A model generated the notes under the pieces. The model saw only the letters and a program-made list of their open reading frames with translations. It was not told the origin of the DNA and ran no database searches. DNA of 64,000 bases from Toensbergia leucococca (lineage: Eukaryota): the NCBI GenBank assembly GCA_022813965.1, contig JALDZS010000041.1, positions 62,001 to 126,000 of the forward strand, read 5' to 3'. Below are positions 48,286 to 60,951 of the stretch, one piece after another (the first letter of the stretch is position 1; each line of letters begins with the position of its first letter). Made by a program: the position numbers and the translations under genes.

Positions 48286-49954
48286 TCATTCTCTCAGTCT
48301 GAAGTATCCGGGCTGTAGATCCACGAATAGGCCTTCAGGATCATACTTCCTCTGAATATCCAATAGTTTCTTCTTGTTTTCCTCCTCATACCCCTCGAAG
48401 ACATCTTGTTCCGGTGCGGCGTAGTTCATGTACATATATCTATGATGCAATTTCATCCTCTTCGCCTCTTCCATCGATCTCTCAACGATGCGTCTTGAGA
48501 AACAGTAGATTGTTTCATCATCACGCGCCTCAGACCACTGGGTCTGTACCGCCATCATTGTAAGAGGGCCTTCATCCTTGGAGATCCCAAGAGCGTTTCC
48601 GCCGTTCTGCGAGAAGTGAGAGATCACGTCATTTGTGATGGTTTGAAACATAAGACTGGGGCGAAAAAAATTGGACAATTTGTGCTTTATGGAATCGATT
48701 TCTTGGACGAAAATGTCAAGAATAATTGACTGCAATTTTGCGCTGTTGTGGAATGTGGCGGTTATGTAATGCTGTCGGAAGCCAGGACGACTCCCGATGT
48801 CCATTTCAAGTGAGAGATCAGACACGTCCGTCATGCGCATCGACGATCCTCTGGGCGGTATCGCTTTATATTCGTCAAAGATGGGAGGATCGGGAACACC
48901 ACCAACATGTACAAAGATGGCGCTGGCGAAGTATTTGTCTTGTTCTTTCATGTAAGAGAACACGAGCCAATGAACAGCGTCCAGATCCTTGGGCGAATCG
49001 CGATTGAAATTCTCGAAAGCATGTAGCAAAGAAACATTGGCTTCAATATGCCAGCTTTTCGCACCACCCCATACCATATCGTATGGAAAGGTATCGAAGT
49101 CGAACCTTGTGACAATACCGAAGTTGCTGCTACCACCACGAAGGGCCCAGTAAAGCTCTCTATCAGATTTTTGGCTGATGTTTGCAATGGAGCCATTGGC
49201 AATGACAACCTCGAAATTCGTGACTCCGTCAATCGCCCATCCAGATCGTCCCGAGAAGAAAGAAATACCGCCTAATCAGCTGTTAGTGTACAACACGAAT
49301 TGCAGTCTGTGTAACAATGAGTTGAGACCTCCGAGGGTTAGACCTCCTACCCCTACATGGGCGGCGCGCCCTCCAGCAACAGAAAGACCTTGTGGTTCAA
49401 GTAATCTGTATACGTCAATCCATCGACTTCCAGAGCCAACACTCGTAGTTCTCCGATCATTGCTAACTTCGATCCTATTAAAATGCACCAAGTCGATTGT
49501 TATACCAGCAGGGACGTTTGACGCTCCTTTGAATGATGCATGACCTCCACTTTTGACAGCGAAAGGACAGCTAGTTTTCTTCACCACCAGCAATGCACGC
49601 GCTACGTCTTCTGAACTTAATGGCATAAAATAGCAGCAAGGCTTCACTTCATCCTGCTGTTTAGCCCAGTAATGTGGCGTGGGAACATGGGAAACTGCAA
49701 TGCTGGGAAATGATATTTGATTCTCAAATTCCTTGGATAAGTATAGGCACTGGCAGGAAAGATCAGTATTTCAATCTTTGACTGAGATCTGCATTGAAGT
49801 AACCCACGGCATTCCCACAGGCAGAATTGCAATCAAAGATGTTTCCTTGCAGAGGAGTACCCTGTAATCCTTGGTAGAAATCACGTAGATCTGCTGTAGC
49901 GTGAAGTGGGAAGAGAACGATGATGAGAAGAGACAAAATTCCTGAATACTTCAT
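48286..49954 (-). CDS. Secreted FAD-linked oxidoreductase (berberine-bridge-enzyme/VAO-like), 3 exons
   Basis: Signal peptide; FAVKSGGH (covalent-FAD His), VGVGGLTLGG, ALRGGGSNFGIVT, YMNYA, KYDPEGLF..LQPGYF. Confidence 0.9.
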
Positions 49955-50499
49955 CTCGGATGCTTGAGGACTCTGAGATAGTAAGAGACAAGCTGCGCAT
50001 GTAACAGATTTAATCTATGTATATTGACAGGTAGCTCATTTGAACGTGGTGTAGCGTGACCGAGGGTGAGAAGAAAAGGTCGATAATTAAGGAGCCGCAA
50101 CTCGAAAGTATCCAGCGGCAATGTAATGGCTAAAACGAAAAATATCGGAGGTAAGTTTGAGGTTGGGTAACACACTGCTCCACAGGTAGTTCTACGAGTA
50201 CTCGCGCGTTGGAGCGGCCTTCTGACCAAGGACTGAGTATTGACTGAGCCTCGGAACGTTCAAGAGCAAGCCAATTGCATAACATAAGGTAGGTACTGCG
50301 GCATTAGTTCTATGCGACCGTGGACGTCCTAGTAGAATTTATATTCTAAGACTCGAAGAAGTTTTGGCCCAACAGCTATCTAGCGTCGTCTCGCTTGCTT
50401 CCCCATGATCCTTCCTCCCCAACCTCGATATCAAACCCGCCGAAGCTGAGGACAGCGACCTGCTTGTCACTGATACTCGCAAGCAAGCATATCTTCATT

Positions 50500-51891
50500 A
50501 TGATTACCTCACGCCTCCTCCGTCCAGCTTGCCGTCTCCTTTCATCTACCCGCACTACACCCGTTTCCATTAGACCCGTCATCCAACCCACAGATTCATT
50601 ACCAGCAACTATCAACAGAAGAAGATACGCCACTCCTAGTGGAGTCAAGGAGGTCGCTGTACGAGACGCACTGAATGAAGCACTCTCGGAAGAGCTCGAG
50701 GCGAACGACAAGGTATTTGTGCTAGGTGAAGAAGTTGCGCAATACAATGGAGCGTGAGTATATCCCAGCACAGAGCCTTGACCAGATAATTGTGAACACT
50801 ATTACAAATTCTAGCCATAGGAAACTTTTGACTCTCGAAGATGAGGGCGTCAAAAATTCGACTTCCAATGCTGATGCCACTGTACAGTTATAAAGTCACA
50901 AAAGGACTACTGGATCGGTTCGGGGAGAAGAGGGTCATTGATAGCCCAATTACCGAATCTGGTTTCTGCGGACTCACAGTTGGGGCTGCATTAGCAGGCT
51001 TGCACCCTGTGGTAAGTCCATCAACGACTCTTCCAATATCTATAGTGCCCGCAGTATCTGACCGAATCACTCAGTGCGAGTTCATGACCTTCAACTTCGC
51101 CATGCAGGCTATCGACCAGATCATCAACTCCGCAGCCAAAACACACTACATGTCCGGTGGAACCCAACCTTGTAATATTACGTTCCGGGGACCCAATGGT
51201 TTCGCTTCTGGTGTTGCCGCTCAACATTCACAAGATTATGCAAGTTGGTATGGGAGTATACCAGGCCTGAAGGTTGTCGCACCATGGAGTTCAGAGGATG
51301 CCAAGGGTTTATTGAAGGCGGCTATCAGAGATCCAAATCCAGTAGTCGTATTAGAAAACGAGTATGGCTTCAGTCAATACCCAGACGCGTGAAGAATAAT
51401 TCGTTAACTTTTTGTGCAGATTACTCTATGGTCAAAACTTCCCAATGTCCGAAGCCGCTCAGAAAGACGATTTTGTCATTCCCTTCGGCAAAGCCAAGAT
51501 TGAGCGTCCTGGAAAGGATCTAACAATTGTCACGTTATCCCGTTGTGTCGGCCAAGCTCTCACAGCGGCCGAACAACTCAAGAAGGATTACGGAGTCGAA
51601 GCCGAAGTCATCAATCTGCGTTCGGTCAAGCCACTAGATGTTGAAGCTATCGTTAAATCAGTCAAGAAGACAGGTCATTTGATGGCTTTGGAAAGTGGAT
51701 TCCCGAGTTTTGGCGTGGGCGCAGAGATTCTCGCTCTCACGATGGAATACGCATTCGACTACCTAGATGCGCCGGCGGTCAGAGTCACGGGTGCCGAGGT
51801 GCCGACGCCGTATGCACAGAAGCTGGAGGAAATGAGCTTCCCATCTGAGGATTTAATTGCCAAGTACGCTGCTAAGCTTTTGAGAGTATAA
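50500..51891 (+). CDS. PDB1: Pyruvate dehydrogenase E1 beta subunit, mitochondrial, 4 exons
   Basis: [60 protein letters not shown]. Confidence 0.98.
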
Positions 51892-53349
51892 ATCTGTACT
51901 TCAGGAGGCTTATTGTTGGGCCGGGAGATCACCACATTGTATTACCCTATTCCGCTGTTCGTATCCTGTTTCTCGGGCTCGCAAACAGCCACTCTTAGAA
52001 TAGCTACTTGGCGGGGCATGTTTTACCGGCACAGTGGAAGAGTATGTGTAGGTAGGAGGCAGAAGGAAGGGCTTGATTGGCGTAGAAGGTGAAAAGCAAA
52101 GACGATAGCACTCCTTCGGATGCAAGGGCGCACGCGTGACTTGTGTTTGTAGGCGCATCACGGAGATGGTCGGTGGGCGTTGAGAAATTGGTGAAGGGGC
52201 AAGGTTTTCTTACAGTGGATTCCTACCGAGCTACGGATACCTAAGCTCGCTAAGGTAACAACTGCCTAACGAAGCCGAAAGTGCGGCAAAAGTTTCATTG
52301 TTCATTGTTCAGGCAAGCCACAATTGAACAGTGACCTTGGTCCTTTTCGGATATGATCGGCATTTGCGTATTCAACTTTTCAAGCCTCTAACAGTACCAT
52401 GTATCTGGGTATCTGGAGAATCCACGGACCATACTGTTGGCTCCATGTTCGCACGAGGCACAGGGATGACGGAACCCACCGTCTTGGTCCTGATATCCAC
52501 CTCGCGTGCTCCTGCAATGTATCTAGTGTATCGAGGTATCTCTATGGATATCTCGGGACAACCTCGCTAAAAGAAGCTCACCATCTACTGTCTCCGCTAC
52601 ACTACCTCCAGACTACCAGCTCAATATCCGCCTCATTACAACGTTTCTGTAACGATAGTGAGCCTTCCGGGCTAGCTAAATATTAGCTCCCCCTTTCGAT
52701 CCTCCGTTAGTCCTTCCTTTGCTGTGCTACCTCCACCACAATATCTTTGAAATCAGCTGCTCTTCCAATTGCGTGCGCCGTTGAGTTTTACACCGCATCT
52801 AAACGTCATGCCTTTGGAATCATTGGAATCATTGGTGTGATAGGCGTCTCTATTCGCGTTCTTCCTCCTAAATCTGCGCTACTGATGCATGTCTTCATCC
52901 TTCAGCCCCTGTTCAGGAGTGTAAGCCCACCTTGAAGACTGTTTGTATCTTCTCTTTACGGGGCATCTCCTTTGTTTTGTTTGACCGCTCTATCACCGTG
53001 CTGCCGATGATGAGGCCTCTTGATCATGGGCCGAGGATCGCCTCCTCCTTTCGCGCGGCGTTCCTGTCTTCACTTTCCATGCTCACTCACTCCCCGTTTT
53101 CATTTCTATTCCTCACTCAAAGCATACGCTTGGGCCCTCCACACGTTCACAAACTCGTTTCAACACCAGACTAAGAGTCATTCCCTTATTTCCATTGTAC
53201 AGAAAAGGCAGCAAGTCTGCAATGATTCCTAAATAAAACATCAAGCTGATGTGTCCATTTATTTACTGTACATTTTCTCCGAGTATCTCATCATTGTCAA
53301 TCATACCTACATCAACAGCTGTCTCCCTTGACGTATATCTTCCAAGACC

Positions 53350-54615
53350 ATGTCCAGGCTCAGGGCTCAACCTCAGTTGCTCACTATCCCTTTGGAACTT
53401 CGAGATCATATATACTCCCAACTTCTACGAGGGAACCCGACCACATTGCCTCATCTTCTTTGTACCAACCGCCAGATCCTAAGAGAAGCCAAACCCTTCA
53501 TCTTCAGGCAGCCCCTGACATTCGATGGACAATCAGAGCTCTTCGAGTGGCTTTCTAGAATTGATCATGAGTATCTTCGATATGTCACCAACATCACTTT
53601 CAGGCTCCACGATCTCGCCCCGGAGAAGATTATTGGAGCTCTGGGCAAACGACTTCGACAAGCTAGCCAATCAAATTGCCATCGATCAGCCGTCCATGAA
53701 TACAAGAAAGCATGCGAACAGGAGATCCAGCTTCTTGGTGAAGCCTTTGCTCTTTGTCCCAACGTGAAAGACTTCGCAATCCTCGATTCAACCATCGCCC
53801 GTCCTTCCTACTTCATGACCGTTTCCTTCTCCAAGATGCTTGCCAAGCAATTTCCAGCTTTACAGTCTCTCCACGTTGATGAGGATCTGCTACCTCTGAC
53901 CGTCATGGCTTCTTGGAGGAAACTTCGTCGACTTCGCTTTACGGGCTTCTCTAGTATTAGCCCAGCCGAAACGAGAGACCTTCTACACAAGTTTCAGGAC
54001 ATATGGGACCTCGAGATTCACACCCTGACCTGGAGTGTGATGAATAGGGTCTTGCCTCCCAGCCCTGAGGGGATATCATGGTGTTTCACTAGAGAAGTGC
54101 TTTGCAGTCTTCCGAATCTGCAAAGACTCACTCTCTACGTAGAGCCATCGTGGCGCGAGGATTTTTATCCTTCCAAAACTTCAGGTGTGGCCAAAAGAAT
54201 CATAGATGCACTCTATAATGTGCGTTTCGACTCGTTGCGAAGTCTCAAAATCATCGGTGGTCCCTCGAACCTCGATTCCACCAGACAATTAGTCGCAACG
54301 TTCATCCGGTCATCGTCTCTGACACACCTCGAGATTGGGGCTTCCTATTTCAACCCCAACTTGCAACTTCCAAAAAGCATCAAAACTCTCGGGCTGTGGT
54401 ACGATCTATGTTTCTCCACAATATTTGCCACGAGAATAAATGTGATGGTAACTGGAATTGTGCAATCCGTGTCGGAGCTTCCTGACTTGAGGGAGATTAG
54501 GATCATTCATTTTGAAGATTACTATTTCTCTAACAATTACCGGGGAGACTTCGAAATGGCCTTACTTAGGGCAAGCACCGAATTGCAATCCAGGGGTGTT
54601 AAAGTATTGGCTTAG
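53350..54615 (+). CDS. F-box-like / leucine-rich-repeat-like hypothetical protein (421 aa, intronless)
   Basis: LLTIPLELRDHIYSQLL...LLCTNRQILREA; repeated L..L.L segments (FPALQSLHV, LRRLRF, LPNLQRLTL, LPDLREIRI). Confidence 0.75.
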   Translation: MSRLRAQPQLLTIPLELRDHIYSQLLRGNPTTLPHLLCTNRQILREAKPFIFRQPLTFDGQSELFEWLSRIDHEYLRYVTNITFRLHDLAPEKIIGALGKRLRQASQSNCHRSAVHEYKKACEQEIQLLGEAFALCPNVKDFAILDSTIARPSYFMTVSFSKMLAKQFPALQSLHVDEDLLPLTVMASWRKLRRLRFTGFSSISPAETRDLLHKFQDIWDLEIHTLTWSVMNRVLPPSPEGISWCFTREVLCSLPNLQRLTLYVEPSWREDFYPSKTSGVAKRIIDALYNVRFDSLRSLKIIGGPSNLDSTRQLVATFIRSSSLTHLEIGASYFNPNLQLPKSIKTLGLWYDLCFSTIFATRINVMVTGIVQSVSELPDLREIRIIHFEDYYFSNNYRGDFEMALLRASTELQSRGVKVLA

Positions 54616-55071
54616 TCACGTGGAGATTGAATCAGAGGAGGACTCTGAAAAGCAGTACGGAGATCGAAGAAGCTAATATTTAGCATGGGAATCGATGGAT
54701 GTGAAACTTGAGATGACGATCGAGGAGTTCATTGGTGTCAAGGGTGGGCTCCTGAAATTCTGTCAATATTTCTATCTAGTCCTTGTGATCAGGCAGGGGC
54801 GCTCTGATCGCCAGCCTAATCCTTCCGTTCAAGAAAACACATACGGTCCTGATTAAAATTAGATCACAAATAGAAAGATGGAAAGACAGCATTCTTTCGG
54901 ATAATTTCGTTGAAAGTCCAATGTACCTACTCCAGGTACTCTACTCAGGCAAGTCAGGGTGGCTTTTCAGGAGAGTTTCGCTTGAGCGCCACGGCCCTGA
55001 GTGCAGTAGAATGATTGTCAAACTCTGTTCTCAAGCATCTCAAATCCTTCAACAAGCTTTCGTGCATTCTA

Positions 55072-55230
55072 CTCGTGTCGCCGAAAAGTCTATCCCCCTG
55101 GCAGTCTAACCCGATCGGGACCACCCAATCGGACCGCTACATTCCCACCTATCCTGAGATGTGGGCAACTTGATTGGGTGGTCCCGATCGGGTAAGACTG
55201 CCAAGGGGATAGACTTTTCGGCGACACGAG
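55072..55230. mobile_element. MITE-like element: 59-bp TIRs, 41-bp core, TA on both flanks
   Basis: Arms 55072-55130 and 55172-55230 are reverse complements with 2 mismatches; TA at 55070-55071 and 55231-55232. Confidence 0.75.
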
Positions 55231-56005
55231 TATGCATATTCTCCCTTTTCCCTCGCTTAGGTACGGAAAATACCCTACTCCTAGCAACCTGATGGGGTGC
55301 CACGTGTGCACCCATATGCAGCTATCGCTAGTATCTCAACCACAACCCAAAGCCCTCAAAACGTCACGATCGGACGTGGAAAGAAATCCTAACCTATTTG
55401 GAACGCATTATCATAAATGCCCTATGCTTGAAGAAGGCCTTCCTCCGTCCGATAAAATAAAAGAGGCGTACTTGCAGTGTACTTGTACTTTAATGAGACA
55501 TGACATGACTATCTCCTCTCATGTGTAAGTCTTACAACATCTGTAGACATCTAATGGTTTTCTGCATGGTTTCACTCTGAGACCCAAGTGCAATGGAAAT
55601 TTGAGTGATCTTTATTACATTGCAGTGCATGAAAAAGAGCGTGACATGTCTTAGATGGAGAAAAAGTAGTCAGTCAGCCTACTGTGTTTGCTGAACATTT
55701 AGCATTATCACTTCTGTAAGAATGTCTGATACAATGACAGCAAAGATGACCTAGATTGCAGACCGTTGTGACTTGTGAGGACTGAGGTGCGAGGGTGGTG
55801 AGGGTGGAGGGTGGGTGCAAAAGGAGTTAGTGTAAAAAAAACGCCGAGGTGCGGTGAATGTATTCACGCTAATTACATAATATGCCCCACATCGCTCCGG
55901 CACTTCCCACAGTAAACCATCGGGCCGTTTAACGCCGACATGGTGAGATTCAAGCTGACGGCCCCGAGTCGTACCTACAGGGGTCGGGGTCATGCTTTAC
56001 GATCA

Positions 56006-57811
56006 ATGGCAGAAGCCTCACCCAACCCCCGAGGCTCCACGCCATCAGTCCCGCCAAGGCGACCTCTCAACCTCGATGACGAGCCACATACTCCAGCTGT
56101 ATCGTCCCCTCTCAATCCTGATTTCGTCCCCTCGCGCGCCCGAAGACCACCCCCCCGCGAACAGCGCGAAAAGAAAGAATCCTTGAAGAAACGTGAAGCT
56201 AAAGGCGTCGAAAATGCTCGTGGAGGTACTCCTGACTCTCAAGGACATGGCAAGAAAGCAAAGAGAGCTACCGACGCCGAGAGCGTGCTTTCACCTATCA
56301 AGTACAAGCTTCCCGCCCCGATAGAAACCGACTTCGACCCTCCCAAAGCTCCCGTCTTCACTCCAGCTCTCGAGACAGCCAACCGACAATTCTACGAGTC
56401 CTCCGAACAGTAAGCTTCTCTAACACTGAAAGCACCTGATCCAAGCTAAGAACAATCCCCCAGTGTCTACAATCGCAAAGGCTTCCGCTACACCCACTGC
56501 ATTGCGGACCCCGCCTTCCCATCCTCCCAATACCATCGCCAAACCGAAACTGCCCCCCACACTGCTCGCTTCAACTTCGAAGACGCGTCCTCTCACATCC
56601 TTTTCGACGGCCTGGGCACCTCCCTCACCACCGAAAAAGGCTTCCGCATGGCCCGCGCGAACGTCGGCGTCCGCGAAGGGAAATGGTATTACGAATGTAA
56701 AATTCTCAGTGGCGTACGAGACGTCAACCAATTAGCGTCCAATCCTGCTGGTCAAGACGACAGTGGTGGCCACGTACGCATGGGTTGGGCGCGCCGCGAA
56801 GCCAGCCTTGATACCCCTGTTGGCTTTGATGCCTACAGCTACGGCCTTCGTGATGTCGCTGGTCAAAAAGTACATATGTCGCGCCCAAAAGACTTTATGC
56901 CACCTGGGGAGTCGATTTACGAGGGCGACGTTGTCGGTCTGGAAATCTCACTCCCCTCCTTAAGCCTACACCGTAAAGTGGTCGAGGGCTCCTACAATAA
57001 AGCAGTCGACGTGGCCGACGACGTCGAGCCGCCCTCGGCCGGCACGGCAGACATAATCCGCGACCGCGTGCCCATTCGATACAAATCGCAACTTTACTTC
57101 GAGCAATTCGAATACCACCCTACCAAAGAGCTCGAAGAACTCATGAACCCCTCCCCAACCCTCTCCACAACCCTCACTCCTGCCCCAGCGTCTAATACCA
57201 CCCTTCCTCCATCGCCTAACCATCCCCTTCCCCCTCTCCGTACCCTCCCCTTCTCCAGTATCACAATATACAAGAACGGTCAACTGGTCGGCCAGCCCTT
57301 CACCGATCTCCTCGCCTTCCTCCCGCCAGCATCAAAACCATTAAACCAAGTCGGCGCCCGCGAGGGCCTCGACGACGGCATGCTTGGGTATTTCCCCGCC
57401 GTAAGCGTCTTCCGCAACGGCGCTGCCGAAGTCAATTTCGGCCCGGACTTTTGGTTCCCACCGCCTGGCCTCGTGCCCAGTAATGCCTCTGCAGAAGACG
57501 ACGACGACGTCGACATGATTGGTGAAGCTACTGCTGCTTCTGCGAAACAAGCCCCCTCATCGTCGTCGTTGGCTTCGTCAGGCAGGGTGCGAGCTGCGTG
57601 CGAGCGCTTTGCGGAGCAGATTGCTGAGGATGTGGTGTTTGATATTATCGACGAGATTGATTGTTGGGCGCAGGATGGGGGGGACTTGAAGGGTGTGGGG
57701 GAGCAGAAGAGTGGGGGGTGGGGGGGTGATGGAGGGAGGGCGGAGGAGGTGGCTGTTGCTGCTGTTGGGGTGGAGGGGGAGATTAAGGAAATTGTGCAGG
57801 AGGAGGAGTAG
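56006..57811 (+). CDS. ASH2: COMPASS/Set1C subunit Ash2/Bre2 (CclA), SPRY domain, 2 exons
   Basis: NRKGFRYTHCIADP, ARANVGVREGKWYYE, HVRMGWARREASLDTPVGFDAYSYGLRD, GYFPAVSVF, NFGPDF. Intron 56410-56463. Confidence 0.93.
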
Positions 57812-58391
57812 GGAGGAGGTTGTTGGTAGGGCCGATGTTGGTGGTTGAGAGATGTTGGCTGAAGCGGTTATGAGAGAGAGATGCAGGGGTGATGAAGCTT
57901 TGAGAAGCCACGGGCTTCGACTAAAAATTAGATGGATGGATCAGGGGAAGGCATGTTTGCTATGCTATTGCAAAAAAATAACAAATACAAAAAAGACCCC
58001 AGACTTCGATGCATACCTCAACACGTCCCATCCCATGAGCATATCCACCCGAGGAACCCCCCTTCCCCCCTTCCAAACACCCCCCAACACCCCTCAGCCT
58101 ATTACAAAATACAAATAGAGCAAAACCAGGTGCTTGATTCAAACCAGGATTCTGAAATAACGCGGAGCCATCTCCTTTTTTAACAGACGGATATTGAAAT
58201 TCCTCGCCCCCACCCCCCCCAGCAACTCCATCCCACCTATTTCGAAGCCTTGATTCAGGGCTAACCTAATCGTTTCAGGAGAGCTAGTGTAGGAAGTAGT
58301 GAAGAGACCAAAGTATGGTCAAACTTTTCCCCAAGACCCAGAATCTCTCTCTCTCCATCCCTAGTAGACCCAGCCAATCCACCCCAATCCA

Positions 58392-58422
58392 CCCCCCCCC
58401 CCCCCCCCCCCCCCCCCCCACC

Positions 58423-58468
<46 letters not shown>
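58392..58468. repeat. Near-pure poly(C)/poly(G) tract (77 bp, two interruptions)
   Basis: C28-A-CC-A-C45 read directly from the sequence. Confidence 0.9.
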
Positions 58469-58470
<2 letters not shown>

Positions 58471-58479
58471 AAAAAGCCC

Positions 58480-59799
58480 TCAAAGTCCCAACCCCCCAAC
58501 CTCAGCACTACACTCCCTCCCCTCCACCATCTCCGCAACACAAACCCCCGTCCCCAAACTCAAACAAATCCCCCAAGGTCCATGGCCCCCCGCAACCCAC
58601 ACTCCCTCCCCCTCCCCAGCAAGCGGTCCCAAAACACAAGCCCCTCTCTCAAAAACCGGTCGAAAGCACAACCCCTCCCTCACAATCTCCAAGCCGGGTC
58701 CCATCAACCGTTCCGCCGTCCGCTTCAGCTTCGCGATGGCTTGGGGGTCGATGTGCCGGGCTGTGGCTAGGGGGGGCAGGGACGTGGAGGGGGAGTTTAG
58801 GCCGGCGAGGTAGATGTGTCCTGTGTTGCGGGAGAAGAGTTCGGGGCTGTAGCCGGCGGCGGGGTCGGTGGTGAAGACGGCGTGGGTTGTGGAGGGATGG
58901 GGGGAGGAGAAGGAGGGGGGTGTGTAATGGGGGGAGCGGAGGAGGAGGGAGTGGCCTGCTAGGGGGGAGATGGGGATGTGGAGCTTGGAGGATGGGAAGA
59001 GGGTTTTGTGGACCGAGGGGGTCCAGGCGCCGGCGGCGAGGATGAGGCGTGTGCAGGGGATTGTGTTGGTTTTTGGGGGGGAGGTGGTGGTTGTTATTTT
59101 GATTGTTTGGAGGGTGTTTGTGGGGGTTTTGGTGAGGGAGTGGGCGTGGGCGGGTTGGTGGAGGTGGATGCCGCGGGCGAGGCAGGCGGAAAGGAGGAAG
59201 TGGCAGAGGCGGAGGGGGTCGCTAGAGTTGTGTGATTTGTGGTGAGGATTGAGTATTCATGGGGAGTATGAAGTGTGTAGAGGAGATTGTGTTTCGAGGA
59301 CCGGCATGTACAGTATAGCTTGAGAGAATGATGGGATGGAGAGAACGCACACTTGTGCTGTACTGTCGCCTTGACTAATAATCTCCAACTTCTCCCCCTC
59401 ACGGCGCGTCAACCATGCAGGACCATCGTCACTGTAGAATTCATGCTTTCCAGCTGCTTCAGCTCTGCTACCACCCTCTCGAAACCAAGCCTCGCCTCTG
59501 GTCCCGTCGGTATCGAGAAGACTTGTCCCAATACTCTGACTGTATCCCCATTTCTCACGCCCGTTGTGTTCTTCGGCCAGTTGCTTGTGAAGATCAAAGC
59601 TTAATGCGCCGAGAGAAGCAACGGGAGCAGAGAACCAGTCACGGGCAAGGAAACCGGCTGCGTAGCCCGAGGCGGAGGCGAAGAGTTCCGGGGAGGACTC
59701 GATGAGGTAGATGCTGGAAGGATCGGTGGTGGGAGACTGGGAAAGGTAGTAAGCGGTGGAGACACCAATGATACCTGCACCGATTATGACTGTTGACAT
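58480..59799 (-). CDS. FAD-dependent oxidoreductase, DAO family (Tda3/Btn3-like), 2 exons
   Basis: VIIGAGIIG, ASGYAAGFLARDW, AQV|DPLRLC, ILAAGAWT, CFRPV, GHGPWGICLSLGTG. Confidence 0.9.
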
Positions 59800-60028
59800 T
59801 ATTTGTCTGAGAACTGAAATGGACTTAGATGGCTTCAAGGCCTTGAAAAAATGCTTCAAAGGTTGTGTATATTCACCATTGTTTAAACGTACGAGTACAT
59901 GTAATACCCGATACCCCACACTACCGAGCCGATGACGTTCCCACAAACTTAGAAAGCAAAGAAGATTCAACGATTCAACCAGATTTCAAGAAAGCAGAGG
60001 TATATGTAGATCACAAGGAGTACAAACA

Positions 60029-60951
60029 ATGGTTGCTAAGAAGACAATTATAGTGACGGGAGCATCGAGGGGTGAGTAGTGGCTCTCAAGAAGAAGTCTC
60101 AAAATCATTCAACCATTAACAATTTCTCCTCTTAGGAATTGGCCTCGCTATTTCTCACCATCTACTTCACGAGGGCCACAATGTTGTTGTCATTGCGCGA
60201 ACCAAAGCACCTCTTGAAGAGCTCCGAGCTCAGTTTCCCAAGCAAGTTGGACTTCTTACCGGCGATATGGCTGACTTCTCCCTTGCTCAAGAAGCTGTGG
60301 ATCTCACTATGAAGGAGTTTGGTCAATTAGATGGGCTAATCATCAACCATGGCATGCTTCCACCAGTCTCGAAGATCGCCGATAGTGACGTGGGAGCATG
60401 GAAGAAGAGTTTTGATGTTAATTTCTTCAGTGCTGTTGCTTTTGTTCGTACCTTTTCGGGACTTTCATATTTTCTGTACTGATGATAAATTAGGCAAAAG
60501 CCGCACTTCCTGCCCTTCGCAAGGCTAAGGGTTGCATACTTCTAACTTCTTCGGGGGCTGCGGTCAAATCTTATAGCACCTGGGGTTTTTATGGCTCATC
60601 TAAAGCGGCCTTGACACATCTTGGGCAGACCTTGTCCGTCGAAGAACCTGACGTGACAACAATAGTCATAAGACCGGGCGTTGTCGATACCGAAATGCAG
60701 AGGGAGCTGCGGGACCTTCATTCTTCAAAGATGCAGGAGAAAGACGCAGCCATGTTCCATGCTTTACTCCAAGAAGGTGGCTTGCTGAAACCGAGTCAAC
60801 CAGGGAATGTCATGGCAAGGCTAGTCTTAAGGTCCCCCAAGGAGCTTGGTGGACAGATGATAAGGTATGTTATCGGCTTGCGACAGAGTTATTGGATTAA
60901 CGGAATGGCAGTTGGAACAATGATATACTAGCAGACTTTCAAGATCCATAA
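60029..60951 (+). CDS. Short-chain dehydrogenase/reductase (YIR035C-like), 4 exons
   Basis: IIVTGASRG|IG, VNFFS, SSGAA, YGSSK (YxxxK), IRPGVVDTEMQ. Confidence 0.92.

Noticed and set aside
58261..58770. Poly-Gly and poly-Pro ORFs in the track
   Set aside because: They are translations of the poly(C/G) tract and of the antisense strand of the DAO gene.
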